A stretch of DNA of 64,000 nt. It comes from Candidatus Pacearchaeota archaeon (GTDB lineage Archaea; Nanobdellota; Nanobdellia; Pacearchaeales; GW2011-AR1). Where the stretch lies: contig JAGVXH010000002.1 in assembly GCA_018303845.1 (NCBI GenBank), positions 27,532 to 91,531 of the forward strand, in the 5' to 3' direction. Both the position numbers and the translations under genes were made by a program. Below, in pieces: positions 55,581-64,000 of the stretch. The first letter of the stretch is position 1. The number at the start of each line of letters is the position of its first letter. Below the pieces are notes generated by a model. That model was not told the origin of the DNA and made no database searches. It worked only from the letters and a program-made list of their open reading frames with translations.

Positions 55581-55641
55581 AGTCTAGAAGGCGGCTATCT
55601 TATCTACTACTGGAAAAATAAACTATACCTGTCTGTCCAAA

Positions 55642-56391
55642 TTAAGGACAATCAATTATCTTGCTCTGGCCGTATTTATGATCAGAACTTCCTGAATTTA
55701 TATTAGGTTTTATCTCTCCAGCTTCATAAGATCCAGGCAAATCAACAGAATCCTCCGCCACCCAACTGGTGAAGGAAACTTCTCCTTGCATTCTCTGACA
55801 ATAATAATTTTCAGGATACATATTCTTAGTCACCATTGTCCAATCACCGCAATCAGTTATATATCCCAAAGGCCGTTGCCCGGAACCATCCAAATAAAAT
55901 CTTGTTCCCACAGGGCCCTGTGCTTTTCCAGAAGAAACAGCATTATATTTAGTAAGATAACCGTTATTTCCAGCAATTGTACACACCGCAGAATCAATTG
56001 TGACTTCAGTCGTAACTATATCTGGAGCCGCTGTAATCTCTCCTCCAGAATCTCCTACATCAATCTTTATCGGATCAGAAGTGGTCATCTCACACTGGCC
56101 TGCAATACAACACTTTTGACTTTTAGGTATGCAAAACATACCACACATCTTTTTATCATCGCTACATGAGTTACAAATTGTATTCTCAGTCACAGATTCA
56201 AGACAATAACTTCCTCCAGAACTGCACCGGGCATTAGTTGGAATACACCCATCATCGCATCTCTGCAATCCTGCAGGGCAAATAGATTTAACGTTAGAAT
56301 CCGACATATAGCTAAAGATCATTATACTCGCAAGAATCAGAACAACCCCTCCAATAACAAAAGGCCACTTAATACCTACCATAGAATACAC
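55642..56391 (-). CDS. Secreted Cys-rich protein (signal/TM anchor plus Cys-knot-like N-terminal region)
   Basis: There is an N-terminal hydrophobic segment and 20 Cys. No family recognised. Confidence 0.4.
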   Translation of the reverse strand: MYSMVGIKWPFVIGGVVLILASIMIFSYMSDSNVKSICPAGLQRCDDGCIPTNARCSSGGSYCLESVTENTICNSCSDDKKMCGMFCIPKSQKCCIAGQCEMTTSDPIKIDVGDSGGEITAAPDIVTTEVTIDSAVCTIAGNNGYLTKYNAVSSGKAQGPVGTRFYLDGSGQRPLGYITDCGDWTMVTKNMYPENYYCQRMQGEVSFTSWVAEDSVDLPGSYEAGEIKPNINSGSSDHKYGQSKIIDCP

Positions 56392-56476
56392 AAATCAAAA
56401 TATTATTTAAATCTTATCAATCAAGGTTCAAATCTGACTCTATCAAAAAATGAGATTTTACCGACGATAAAAAAAA

Positions 56477-56552
56477 TAGCGGGGACAGGATTTGAACCAT
56501 GTGACCTCGAGGTTATGGGCCTCGCGAGCTGACCAGACTGCTCCACCCCGCT
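56477..56552 (-). tRNA. tRNA-Met (anticodon CAU), probably initiator-type (A1:U72); T-stem carries a one-nucleotide bulge
   Basis: Manual fold: acceptor AGCGGGG/CCCCGCU, D-stem GAGC/GCUC, anticodon stem CGAGG/CCUCG with loop CCCAUAA. The T-arm ACAUGG-UUCAAAU-CCUGU needs a U bulge. A TTTATAA box lies about 25 nt upstream. Confidence 0.6.
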
Positions 56553-56653
56553 ACACAATTAAACGCCTAAAACGTGTTATAAATCTTTCTTTAAGCAAAA
56601 ACAAGGGGACTGGATTAAAAGTTCTTTATGAACTTTTAGAAATTCAAGAGAAT

Positions 56654-56779
56654 TTCGTGTCCGAGCTTCTTTGAAGCGAAGGTTGAACTATTGTGACCTC
56701 GAGGTTATGGGAATCGCTGGTCGGGACAGACTGCTCCATCCCGCTACACAATTAAACATCTAAAACGTGTTATAAATCG
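56654..56779 (-). repeat. tRNA-associated element: motif (TTCGTGTCCGAGCTTCTTTGAAGCGAAGG on plus) fused to a copy of the tRNA-Met 5' two-thirds plus its promoter
   Basis: 56683-56746 is a diverged copy of tRNA-Met from acceptor 5' end to T-loop. 56747-56779 copies the 33-bp promoter region cacaattaaac..ctaaaacgtgttataaatc found at 56553-56585. Confidence 0.55.
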
Positions 56780-56799
56780 TTATTATAAAAAAGTCGAAC

Positions 56800-57330
56800 T
56801 CAATAACTCAAAAAAGAAACATCAAGCTTATTCATTCTCAAATAAAATTCATAATCCGGAAAACCTTTCTTGGACTCTATAAACATTTTCCCAAGTCCTT
56901 CCCAAAAAGCAAACCATCCGGCCGGCTCAGAAATTATAAAAAATAAATCAATCAAAAAACTATCCGAACTAAATCTATATGCAAAAGTAGCGACAATCAT
57001 AATAATCGTTCCAAGAAAAACCCAAAATAAACCTTCAACCCAAATCTTCTTTATTCCTTTTTTTTGAATCACAAAATTTTTATAAAAATGTTCTTTAAGT
57101 CTACGCTTAATCCTTAATTCGTCCGGCTTTTTACGAAACTTTCTAGGGACAAGAAGACGAAGTTCAATCTTCTCAGAATCTTTCTCTCTAGCCGCCCGCC
57201 TGCATTCTAACAAAAAATCCTCAGACAAAGCACGATCAGAATAAGGCCTAGGATCAAAATCAGAAAATAAATCATTATAAGAATCTAAAATCAAACTGAC
57301 ATTACCTTCTCTTAAATTAACTTTTCCCAT
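56800..57330 (-). CDS. Hypothetical membrane protein
   Basis: There is a soluble N-terminal domain and two C-terminal TM helices. Confidence 0.35.
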   Translation of the reverse strand: MGKVNLREGNVSLILDSYNDLFSDFDPRPYSDRALSEDFLLECRRAAREKDSEKIELRLLVPRKFRKKPDELRIKRRLKEHFYKNFVIQKKGIKKIWVEGLFWVFLGTIIMIVATFAYRFSSDSFLIDLFFIISEPAGWFAFWEGLGKMFIESKKGFPDYEFYLRMNKLDVSFLSY

Positions 57331-57369
57331 AGAGCCAAAAAATATATTGGGTTAATAAACTCTTTGAAA

Positions 57370-57813
57370 TCAATAACAAAAAATATCTTTTTTTTCCGAA
57401 ATCTCACTGCCATCCTCGTATCTCATAATTTTCATAAAAGAACATCCAGAAGCACCAATATTCTTACCAATATAATCTAATAAAAAATTTCCATCCATAT
57501 CCAGATTACAGGTATTGAAATCAAACTCCATAAAGCCATCCTCGGGCCAACTATGAGCAGAAGCATGAGACTCCGTAATCCCAATCAAAACCGTAGCTCC
57601 TTGTGGATAAAACTGCTTAACAGATTTAGAAAAAATATTCGCCCCAATATCAACCAGCCCATCGCAAATCAACCCGCACAAAAATTCCGCATCATCAATC
57701 ACAAGCTTACCACTATCAACCCGTCTTCTACAACCAGAGAAACTTGCAATCCAGTGAATTCCATATAATTTCTTTTCCACATTACCATAAATTTTTACTG
57801 CTGGGCAAAACAA
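57370..57813 (-). CDS. speH: S-adenosylmethionine decarboxylase proenzyme (class 1b, SpeH-type)
   Basis: It has LYGIH, PQGATVL and the self-processing ESHASAHSWPE motif. Confidence 0.7.
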   Translation of the reverse strand: MFCPAVKIYGNVEKKLYGIHWIASFSGCRRRVDSGKLVIDDAEFLCGLICDGLVDIGANIFSKSVKQFYPQGATVLIGITESHASAHSWPEDGFMEFDFNTCNLDMDGNFLLDYIGKNIGASGCSFMKIMRYEDGSEISEKKDIFCY

Positions 57814-57888
57814 ATTTAAAAACCTTGCCCCTAATACAAAGAAATCTCAAGCCCACAACATTAAAAACATCAATCTCTTAAAATCAAA

Positions 57889-58548
57889 ATGAAACTTCTA
57901 GGAATCGACGACGCAGGACGGGGACCAGTCCTCGGGCCAATGGTTTTAGCAGGAATAATCGCAAACCCGCAAGACGAAACAATCCTAAAATCATGGAATG
58001 CAAAAGATTCAAAACTTTTATCTCCCCTTCAAAGAAAAACAATCGCAGACAAAATAAGACCACAATTCATTCACTACATCGTAACATCCTCGCCAAAACA
58101 AATCGATGAATCCTCAAATCTAAACTACCTCGAAGCAATCAAAACCGCCCAAATCATAAACCATCTAACAAAAGACATTCAAGAAAAAACCACAGCCATA
58201 ATAGACTGTCCGTCGGTAAACATAGAAAGTTGGACCAGAGACGTCCAAAAACTCCTAGAAAAACCGGAAAATATAATCCTTCAATGCGAACACAAAGCAG
58301 ACGCCAATCACCCAATCGTCTCCGCTGCCTCAATCCTAGCAAAAGAAAAAAGAGAAGAAGAAATGGGAAAATTAAGACAAACCTTTAAAATTGACTTCGG
58401 CTCAGGATACCCAGCCGATCCAAAAACAAAAAAATTCATCTTAGAAAACTTCAACAACAAAGAATACTCTTCAATAATAAGATTCTCCTGGAGCACCGTA
58501 AAAAAACTAATTCAAGCAAAAACCTCGCCACAAAAAAAATTATTTTGA
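57889..58548 (+). CDS. rnhB: Ribonuclease HII
   Basis: MKLLGIDDAGRGPVLGPMVLAGI is the canonical RNase HII N-terminus. Confidence 0.9.
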   Translation: MKLLGIDDAGRGPVLGPMVLAGIIANPQDETILKSWNAKDSKLLSPLQRKTIADKIRPQFIHYIVTSSPKQIDESSNLNYLEAIKTAQIINHLTKDIQEKTTAIIDCPSVNIESWTRDVQKLLEKPENIILQCEHKADANHPIVSAASILAKEKREEEMGKLRQTFKIDFGSGYPADPKTKKFILENFNNKEYSSIIRFSWSTVKKLIQAKTSPQKKLF

Positions 58549-58667
58549 ATCAACAATTCTTAAAAACCCCACTCACCTCTTCCAAACATGAAAAAAAGAG
58601 TCGCTAACGCCCAAACCACCAAACTGCCAAACCACCAAACCACCCCAAGTAAACCAGGGGTTTACAA

Positions 58668-61532
58668 ATGACTTACATAAAAAAAATGACAATGCACGGG
58701 TTCAAATCCTTCGCAAGAAAAACCGAACTCCCATTTGACAACTCAATGAACGTAATCGTCGGACCAAACGGCTCCGGAAAATCAAACATCACTGACGCCC
58801 TCTGTTTCGTACTAGGCCGACTTTCAATCAAATCAATCAGAGCGGCAAGAGCTGCAAACCTCCTCTTCTCCGGAAACCAGACATACAAAGGATCCCTAGA
58901 AGCCTCAGTAGAACTAACCTTCGACAACACAGACAAAAGCTTCGCCATCGACTCAAAAGAAGTCGTAATAAAAAGAGCCGTAAGAAAATCCGGTCAATCC
59001 ATCTACAAAATCAACGATAAAATAAAAAACCGTCAAGAAATTTTAGAACTCCTCTCACAGGCCGGCGTAGACCCAAACGGATTCAACATAGTCCTCCAAG
59101 GCGAAATCCAATCCTTAGTCCAAGCAACGTCAGAAGAGCGAAGAAAAATAATAGAAGAAGTAGCTGGAATTTCAATTTACGAAGCAAGAAAAATAAAATC
59201 GATTAGAGAACTAGAAAAAACCGAAGAAAAACTCCACGAAGTTTCAACCGTCCTAAAAGAAAGAACCGCATATCTAAAAAACCTAGACAAAGAAAGACAA
59301 GAAGCGATATCTTATCAAAAATTAGAAGAAACAATAAAGCGATGTAAAAAAACACTACTGGTAAAAAACAAAAAAGGAAAAGAAGAAAATATAGTTGAAA
59401 TAAAAAAATCAATACAAGATATCGACAATGAAATAGAAAAAATAAAAAAATCAATACAAGAAAAAAATTTCAGAGTTGAAGAATTTCAAAACAAAATACT
59501 CGCAGTGAATAAACAAATCCAATCCTCAACTTCCAACGAACAAGAAGTGCTCCATAGAGAAATCTCAGACTTAAAAGCAGAACTAGCAGGACTAGATGTC
59601 CGACGTGAAAATTTTGAAAACAGGCTAACACAAGGAAAGAAAAAAACAGAAGATCTAAAAGAAAAAATAGAAAACCTCGGATTAGAAATGTCAAGGATAC
59701 AAACATCTTCACCAGAAATAAAAAAACAACAAGAACAACAAAAAATTCTAACACAGAAATTCGAAATACTAGAGCAACAAAGAAGAAAATTCTATATCTC
59801 AAAATCCGAGCTTTCAACCCTAGAAAATCAAAAACTCCAAAAAGAAAAATTCCTAATAGAATCCAAAAAGGAAGTCCAACTAATAGAACAAACCATCACG
59901 GCCCTCTTCAATGAAATAAAATACGAAAAAGCTCTAGGGCCAAACGAAAATTTAAAATTCGAAACAGGAGCCAAAATAGAAAAAACAACAGATCAAATAT
60001 TCGCCTTAGAAAGAGAAATATTAGAAAAAGAAAAAAGAAATGCAATACTAGAAATGGATGTCAAAAGAGAAGAAAAATTAAAATCCGACATAATAGCCCT
60101 TAAATCCTGTCCAATCTGTAAGCAAGAAGTAAGCGAAGATCACAAACATAAGATATCAACAAATGCAAACGAAAAAATAGAAAGTGCATCAAAAGAAGTT
60201 AAAACCAATCTAAAAATCAAAATAGAAGAGGCAGCAAGAGTAACTCATCTAAAAGAAAAACTTTCAGACCTAAGAACAAAACTAGAAGAAATAAGAATAG
60301 ATAGAATAAAATTAAAAAATTCAGACGAAAAGAAAGAAAGGATAAAAATACTTACCGAAAAACAAGAAGAAGTCTACGAAGAAATAAAATATTTAAACGA
60401 AAAAATCCACGCACAAAGAGCAATCTACGAAAAACTTACAGATATAGAAGAAAAATACGACGAAACAAGACTGGCCTTACAAGAAAATTCTTTCATAGAC
60501 ATGGACGTAGACACAGAAGTCCAAATCAAAAAACGAGAAATAGGAAGGCTCACACTAGACCTAAGAGCAACGGGGCGAGACATAGAAGAATCCCAAATAG
60601 AATTACGAAAAATAGAATTACGAATAACAGAAAAAGATAAAGAAGCCGTCAAAAAAGAAATTGAGGAACAAAAACTTTATGAAAAATCTCAAAAATTCTT
60701 CGACCTTAGAAACGAATTACAAGACCAACAAAAAGTAATAGAAACTGACATCATCGGACTCCAACATACTGTCAAAAATTTCGAAGACAAAATTAACTAC
60801 AACAAAATACAAAAGGCACAACTCGATGCACAGATAGAATCCCTAAACTCAGAGCTTGCTGAATTCACATCATTAGAAACCCTGCCACTATCAACTGAAC
60901 AACTAAAAGAACGTCTCCAGAAAGCCCAATTCGGAATATCAAGATTAGGAAATGTAAATATGCGGGCATTAGAAGTTTTCGACAAAGTAGAAGAACAAGT
61001 AAAAATAATAGAAGAAAAAGTAAAAGTCATCCAAGAAGAAAAAGAACAAATAGATAAAATAATACAAGAGATAGACAAGAAAAAAAAGAAATCTTTCCTA
61101 TCAACTCTTTCAGCTGTAAATGAATACTTCACCAGAAACTTCACACAACTTTCCAGAAAAGGCGAAGTAACCCTAGAATTGGAGAACAAACAAAACCCAT
61201 TCGAAGGCGGACTAAGCATACTAGTAAAAGTTTCCCACGGCAAACACTTCGATATAACATCCCTTTCAGGAGGAGAAAAAACAATGGTCGCACTTTCCCT
61301 AATCTTTGCAATCCAAGAATACAAACCCTATTGCTTCTATGTCTTTGACGAAATCGACGCCGCACTAGACAAACACAACTCCGAACTCTTATCGGCCTTA
61401 ATTAAAAAATACATGACAACAGGTCAATATATAGTAATTACGCACAATGACACCCTAATCTCCGAAGCTTCAAATCTCTATGGAGTATCAATGCAAGAAA
61501 ATATATCAAAGATTATCTCTTTGAAAGTATAG
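58668..61532 (+). CDS. SMC/Rad50-family ATPase: SMC-type head motifs with a central CxxC (zinc-hook-like) in the coiled coil
   Basis: N-terminus is HGFKSFARKT..VIVGPNGSGKSNITDALCFVLG (SMC-like). C-terminus is LSGGEKTMVALSLIFA..YVFDEIDAALD..QYIVITH. CPICKQ lies at about residue 480 of 954. Confidence 0.75.
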   Translation: MTYIKKMTMHGFKSFARKTELPFDNSMNVIVGPNGSGKSNITDALCFVLGRLSIKSIRAARAANLLFSGNQTYKGSLEASVELTFDNTDKSFAIDSKEVVIKRAVRKSGQSIYKINDKIKNRQEILELLSQAGVDPNGFNIVLQGEIQSLVQATSEERRKIIEEVAGISIYEARKIKSIRELEKTEEKLHEVSTVLKERTAYLKNLDKERQEAISYQKLEETIKRCKKTLLVKNKKGKEENIVEIKKSIQDIDNEIEKIKKSIQEKNFRVEEFQNKILAVNKQIQSSTSNEQEVLHREISDLKAELAGLDVRRENFENRLTQGKKKTEDLKEKIENLGLEMSRIQTSSPEIKKQQEQQKILTQKFEILEQQRRKFYISKSELSTLENQKLQKEKFLIESKKEVQLIEQTITALFNEIKYEKALGPNENLKFETGAKIEKTTDQIFALEREILEKEKRNAILEMDVKREEKLKSDIIALKSCPICKQEVSEDHKHKISTNANEKIESASKEVKTNLKIKIEEAARVTHLKEKLSDLRTKLEEIRIDRIKLKNSDEKKERIKILTEKQEEVYEEIKYLNEKIHAQRAIYEKLTDIEEKYDETRLALQENSFIDMDVDTEVQIKKREIGRLTLDLRATGRDIEESQIELRKIELRITEKDKEAVKKEIEEQKLYEKSQKFFDLRNELQDQQKVIETDIIGLQHTVKNFEDKINYNKIQKAQLDAQIESLNSELAEFTSLETLPLSTEQLKERLQKAQFGISRLGNVNMRALEVFDKVEEQVKIIEEKVKVIQEEKEQIDKIIQEIDKKKKKSFLSTLSAVNEYFTRNFTQLSRKGEVTLELENKQNPFEGGLSILVKVSHGKHFDITSLSGGEKTMVALSLIFAIQEYKPYCFYVFDEIDAALDKHNSELLSALIKKYMTTGQYIVITHNDTLISEASNLYGVSMQENISKIISLKV

Positions 61533-61620
61533 TTGCATGAACAATAGACGAAGGTTCCACCCTTCGACAAAATAAGTTCTTTGACTCCAGGGAACCTTTC
61601 TTTCTAAGAAAGGGAGCCTA

Positions 61621-61662
61621 ATGCAAGAAAATATTTCTAAAATAATCAGCCTAAAAATCTAA
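61621..61662 (+). repeat. Duplicate of the last 14 codons of the SMC-family gene (MQENISKIISLKI*) preceded by a hairpin and a GGGAG Shine-Dalgarno-like site
   Basis: atgcaagaaaatatttctaaaataatcagcctaaaaatctaa matches atgcaagaaaatatatcaaagattatctctttgaaagtatag at 61491-61532. The 88-bp spacer contains cgaaggttccacccttcg and cctttctt/aagaaagg hairpins. Confidence 0.6.
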
Positions 61663-61678
61663 AAAATATTTAACTAAC

Positions 61679-62137
61679 CTAAGCTCCTTTCACCTTAACC
61701 GGATTCTTAGCACAAACAACATCAGAAGATGAGCCAACCAACTCTCCATCTAAAACGCCCAAGGCCTCGACTCTCTCAATAACTCCAGTCAAAACAACAT
61801 GCCCAGCAACAGAGCTGCCAGCCCAAAGACCAACGGCCGAATTAACAACATTAGAATCTCCCCCGGGGAAAATCCTAAACCTCAAAGAACTAATATTAAC
61901 ATTTCCCCTGTTTACCGCCTCAAACTCATAATCATCCCCAATCTTATCAACAACTACAACATCAAAATCAACGGCCCGACATAAAGCATCCGCGGAGACA
62001 CTCGACCTAATCTCCTCCCCCTTATCATTCACTAAGCCTCGTGCCCAAGCAAATACAACAGAAGACAAAACCAAAACAAGCAAAATCATAAGAACACTTG
62101 CAATCACAGGTGACAAACCACGCTTCCAAACTCCCAT
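61679..62137 (-). CDS. Archaeal type IV pilin (paralog of 12941..13396)
   Basis: N-terminus is KRG/LSPVIASVLMILLVLVLSSVVFAWARG. Confidence 0.6.
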   Translation of the reverse strand: MGVWKRGLSPVIASVLMILLVLVLSSVVFAWARGLVNDKGEEIRSSVSADALCRAVDFDVVVVDKIGDDYEFEAVNRGNVNISSLRFRIFPGGDSNVVNSAVGLWAGSSVAGHVVLTGVIERVEALGVLDGELVGSSSDVVCAKNPVKVKGA

Positions 62138-62255
62138 AAAATCAACAAGTATACCAACTTTATAAAACTACTTTCCCCAAGTCCCAAAGCACCTCTAAAA
62201 AATTTCAAGCCTTCAAAAGCGAAGGCAAAATAAAAAATAATAATCAAATTTGAAT

Positions 62256-63446
62256 TTAGTAGTAACTAGTCTCTACTTCTTCAATTGGCTTTTCTTTCTT
62301 TGTCAAAAGAACAACCAAAACAGCAAGAAGCACGACGAAGACAATAACCAAGATAACTGTCAAAGCAATAACAGAAGAAGACACAGAGCCTCCAACAACA
62401 TTAGCGCCAAAAACAGTTTGTTCACCATCAACATCTACAGAGAAAGTATAAGTTCCAACTTCAGCGTCCTTATCAGCAGTAACTGCAACAGGGACAATTT
62501 GACTAGCCTTTGGTCCAACAGTAACAACTGAGGGAACAGAAACACTCAAAGCATCTCCAGAAACACTGTTCAATGTAAAAACTTTAATATCATCTGCAGA
62601 ATTAACAATAACCAAATCATAAGTTACAGTCTCTCCACTCATCAAATTTTGATTCTTTACAGCAGCTAAAACAGTAGTAGATGCAGATCCACCGATACTA
62701 ACCAACTGCTTAACAGTTGTCTCAGCATCATCGTTATAGACCAAAACTTCCATCTCGTAAACCCCACTAGCAGCACTAGAAGGAATCTTCAGGTAAACAG
62801 TTCGGTACATAGAATCTTCTTCATCGTCATAATCTATATAGTCCTCAGCTGGGATTAAATCGCCAACATATCCTCGAGTAGAAACACTCAAGGCAGGAAT
62901 AGAAACAACAACATAAGCGTCATCCATCCTATTATATCCAGTGTTTTTTACAACAACAGAAACAGGAACAACATCACCAGCCTTAACTTTAGAAGAAAAA
63001 TCAACAGACTTAACTTCAAAAGTATATGACTCTCTCTGCATACTGATAGTATACCGAGCTTCACTCTGGTCATCCTTGGAAACAATTTCTACGTATAGAG
63101 TATATTTCTCAGACAAATCATCAGAATCAGTTGGTAACTTCAAGGCCAAAAGCTTAGTATAAGAAGAACCAGCCTCAATATCGAACCTATCAGTTTTGAC
63201 AGATACGTCGTCTCGGTGACCTTCCATGTAAACCTTAACCTTAACATCAGCAGCGTCTACATCAGCAGTGAATGTTACTCTAACAGGAACAACATCATCA
63301 ACATCGCCAACCATAGTGTTAGAGCTAGTCAAATCAACCCCGTTAAAATCAGTATCAATGTCACTAGCCAATCCAGCTGAAGCAAAAGCAACAACCATCA
63401 AAGTCATAACAGCCACGAAAGGAATCAAAAGTACATTTCTTTTCAT
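62256..63446 (-). CDS. Cell-surface protein with signal peptide, beta-rich repeats and C-terminal TM anchor (S-layer-like)
   Basis: It has a signal peptide, an acidic Asp/Val-rich ectodomain with CARDB-like segments (VVVKNTGYN), and a C-terminal TM plus KKEK tail. Confidence 0.5.
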   Translation of the reverse strand: MKRNVLLIPFVAVMTLMVVAFASAGLASDIDTDFNGVDLTSSNTMVGDVDDVVPVRVTFTADVDAADVKVKVYMEGHRDDVSVKTDRFDIEAGSSYTKLLALKLPTDSDDLSEKYTLYVEIVSKDDQSEARYTISMQRESYTFEVKSVDFSSKVKAGDVVPVSVVVKNTGYNRMDDAYVVVSIPALSVSTRGYVGDLIPAEDYIDYDDEEDSMYRTVYLKIPSSAASGVYEMEVLVYNDDAETTVKQLVSIGGSASTTVLAAVKNQNLMSGETVTYDLVIVNSADDIKVFTLNSVSGDALSVSVPSVVTVGPKASQIVPVAVTADKDAEVGTYTFSVDVDGEQTVFGANVVGGSVSSSVIALTVILVIVFVVLLAVLVVLLTKKEKPIEEVETSYY

Positions 63447-63585
63447 TTTTTCATTTTGAATTTAGTTAAAATAATAACCCTCAAAACCTATATAAACCTT
63501 ACGTCTGTTGTAATTCCGGAGAGACGAAAAAGCTTAAAAAGTATACTTCGGTATACAACCTATTGTAAAAATAAGTAACAAAAAA

Positions 63586-63852
63586 ATGGCGAAGAAAAAA
63601 AATCCAGAAGAAAAAATTACGACGATAAAACTCTTAGAAGAAACAAAAATAAGAATTGAAAAATTAAGAGAGCATAAAAGAGAATCTTATGACGACATCT
63701 TAAAAAAAATTTTATACATATTAAACACAGCACGAGATTCTCCAGAAAAAGCAAAAAGAATATTAGAGAGAATATCTGAATTAAGAAACAGAATGTTAGA
63801 AGAGGAAAAACAACAAAAAGAAGATCTTAAAAAAGAAAACACTCTAACCTAA
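63586..63852 (+). CDS. Hypothetical small Lys/Glu-rich protein (possible ribbon-helix-helix)
   Basis: ITTIKLLEETKIRIEKL is a beta-strand/helix start. It overlaps a convergent adk end by 9 nt. Confidence 0.3.
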   Translation: MAKKKNPEEKITTIKLLEETKIRIEKLREHKRESYDDILKKILYILNTARDSPEKAKRILERISELRNRMLEEEKQQKEDLKKENTLT

Positions 63853-64000
63853 TCCAACTCCTTCAACAATATCCGCCTCAACTTTTTCAATACTATTATT
63901 TCCGTTAACCCTCATAAACTTATACATCTTCAAAATCCTCTCCGTCTCTTTATGGTAAACCTTTAGTCTCTCCTTCAAAGCCTTCTCGTTATCATCCGCT
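63844..64000 (-). CDS. adk: Adenylate kinase, C-terminal fragment (gene continues beyond window)
   Basis: Manual translation of the minus strand gives ...DDNEKALKERLKVYHKETERILKMYKFMRVNGNNSIEKVEADIVEGVGLG*, matching the Adk C-terminus (RLxVYHxxT...VDG..SI.EV). Confidence 0.55.
   Translation of the reverse strand, partial: ADDNEKALKERLKVYHKETERILKMYKFMRVNGNNSIEKVEADIVEGVGLG

Noticed and set aside
55320-55640. Possible CRISPR array
   Set aside because: Repeat units are about 100 bp, degenerate and irregularly spaced. There is no uniform 25-40 bp repeat or unique spacers, and no cas genes in the window.

Overview
This is a 64 kb, low-GC (about 35-38 % by eye) chromosomal segment from an archaeon. 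Evidence for the lineage call: class-III (type IV pilin-like) signal peptides on many small secreted proteins; a FlaI/TadA-family ATPase with TadB/TadC-like membrane partners; ABCE1, Dph5 diphthine synthase and an SRP (7S) RNA candidate; TATA-box promoters with leaderless starts; and a 2-subunit 2-oxoacid:ferredoxin oxidoreductase with fused gamma-alpha subunit. The small gene sizes, frequent domain losses and fusions, and a giant glycosylation-sequon-rich surface adhesin suggest a reduced-genome, possibly host-associated (DPANN-like) archaeon, but that is inference only. Coding density is high and most genes are on the minus strand. Main blocks: (1) 0.03-4.5 kb: rubrerythrin, Trm5-family methyltransferase, thioredoxin, HerA-like ATPase. 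(2) 4.6-14.8 kb: one minus-strand archaeal type-IV-pilus (Tad/Ups/Aap-like) locus with about seven pilin-like genes. (3) 15.0-15.6 kb: RNA island with SRP RNA and tRNA-Ser. (4) 16.2-29.8 kb: housekeeping metabolism and translation genes (acs-korAB, tatD, dph5-HD fusion, ileS, trmB, argS, a minimal pyruvate-kinase-like gene). (5) 31.2-33.0 kb: ABCE1. (6) 33.9-40.8 kb: a 2298-aa surface protein. (7) 41.2-49.3 kb: a signal-transduction island (KaiC-like ATPase, two hemerythrins, HAMP sensor, 1097-aa histidine kinase, two CheY-like receivers). (8) 49.6-57.8 kb: tRNA-Thr, cfa, copA, tRNA-Leu, tRNA-Met, speH. (9) 57.9-64.0 kb: rnhB, an SMC/Rad50-family ATPase, a pilin, a surface protein and a partial adk. 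The most unusual, unexplained signal is a repeat family attached to all three plus/minus-strand tRNA loci (Ser, Leu, Met): a conserved TTCGTGTCCGAG-N17-20-CGAAGG element abutting a partial copy of the neighbouring tRNA, with the junction always in the T-loop. Two protein-coding genes (trm5-like, SMC-like) show similar short insertions flanked by duplications of their own 3' ends. No CRISPR array and no integrase or transposase was recognised.
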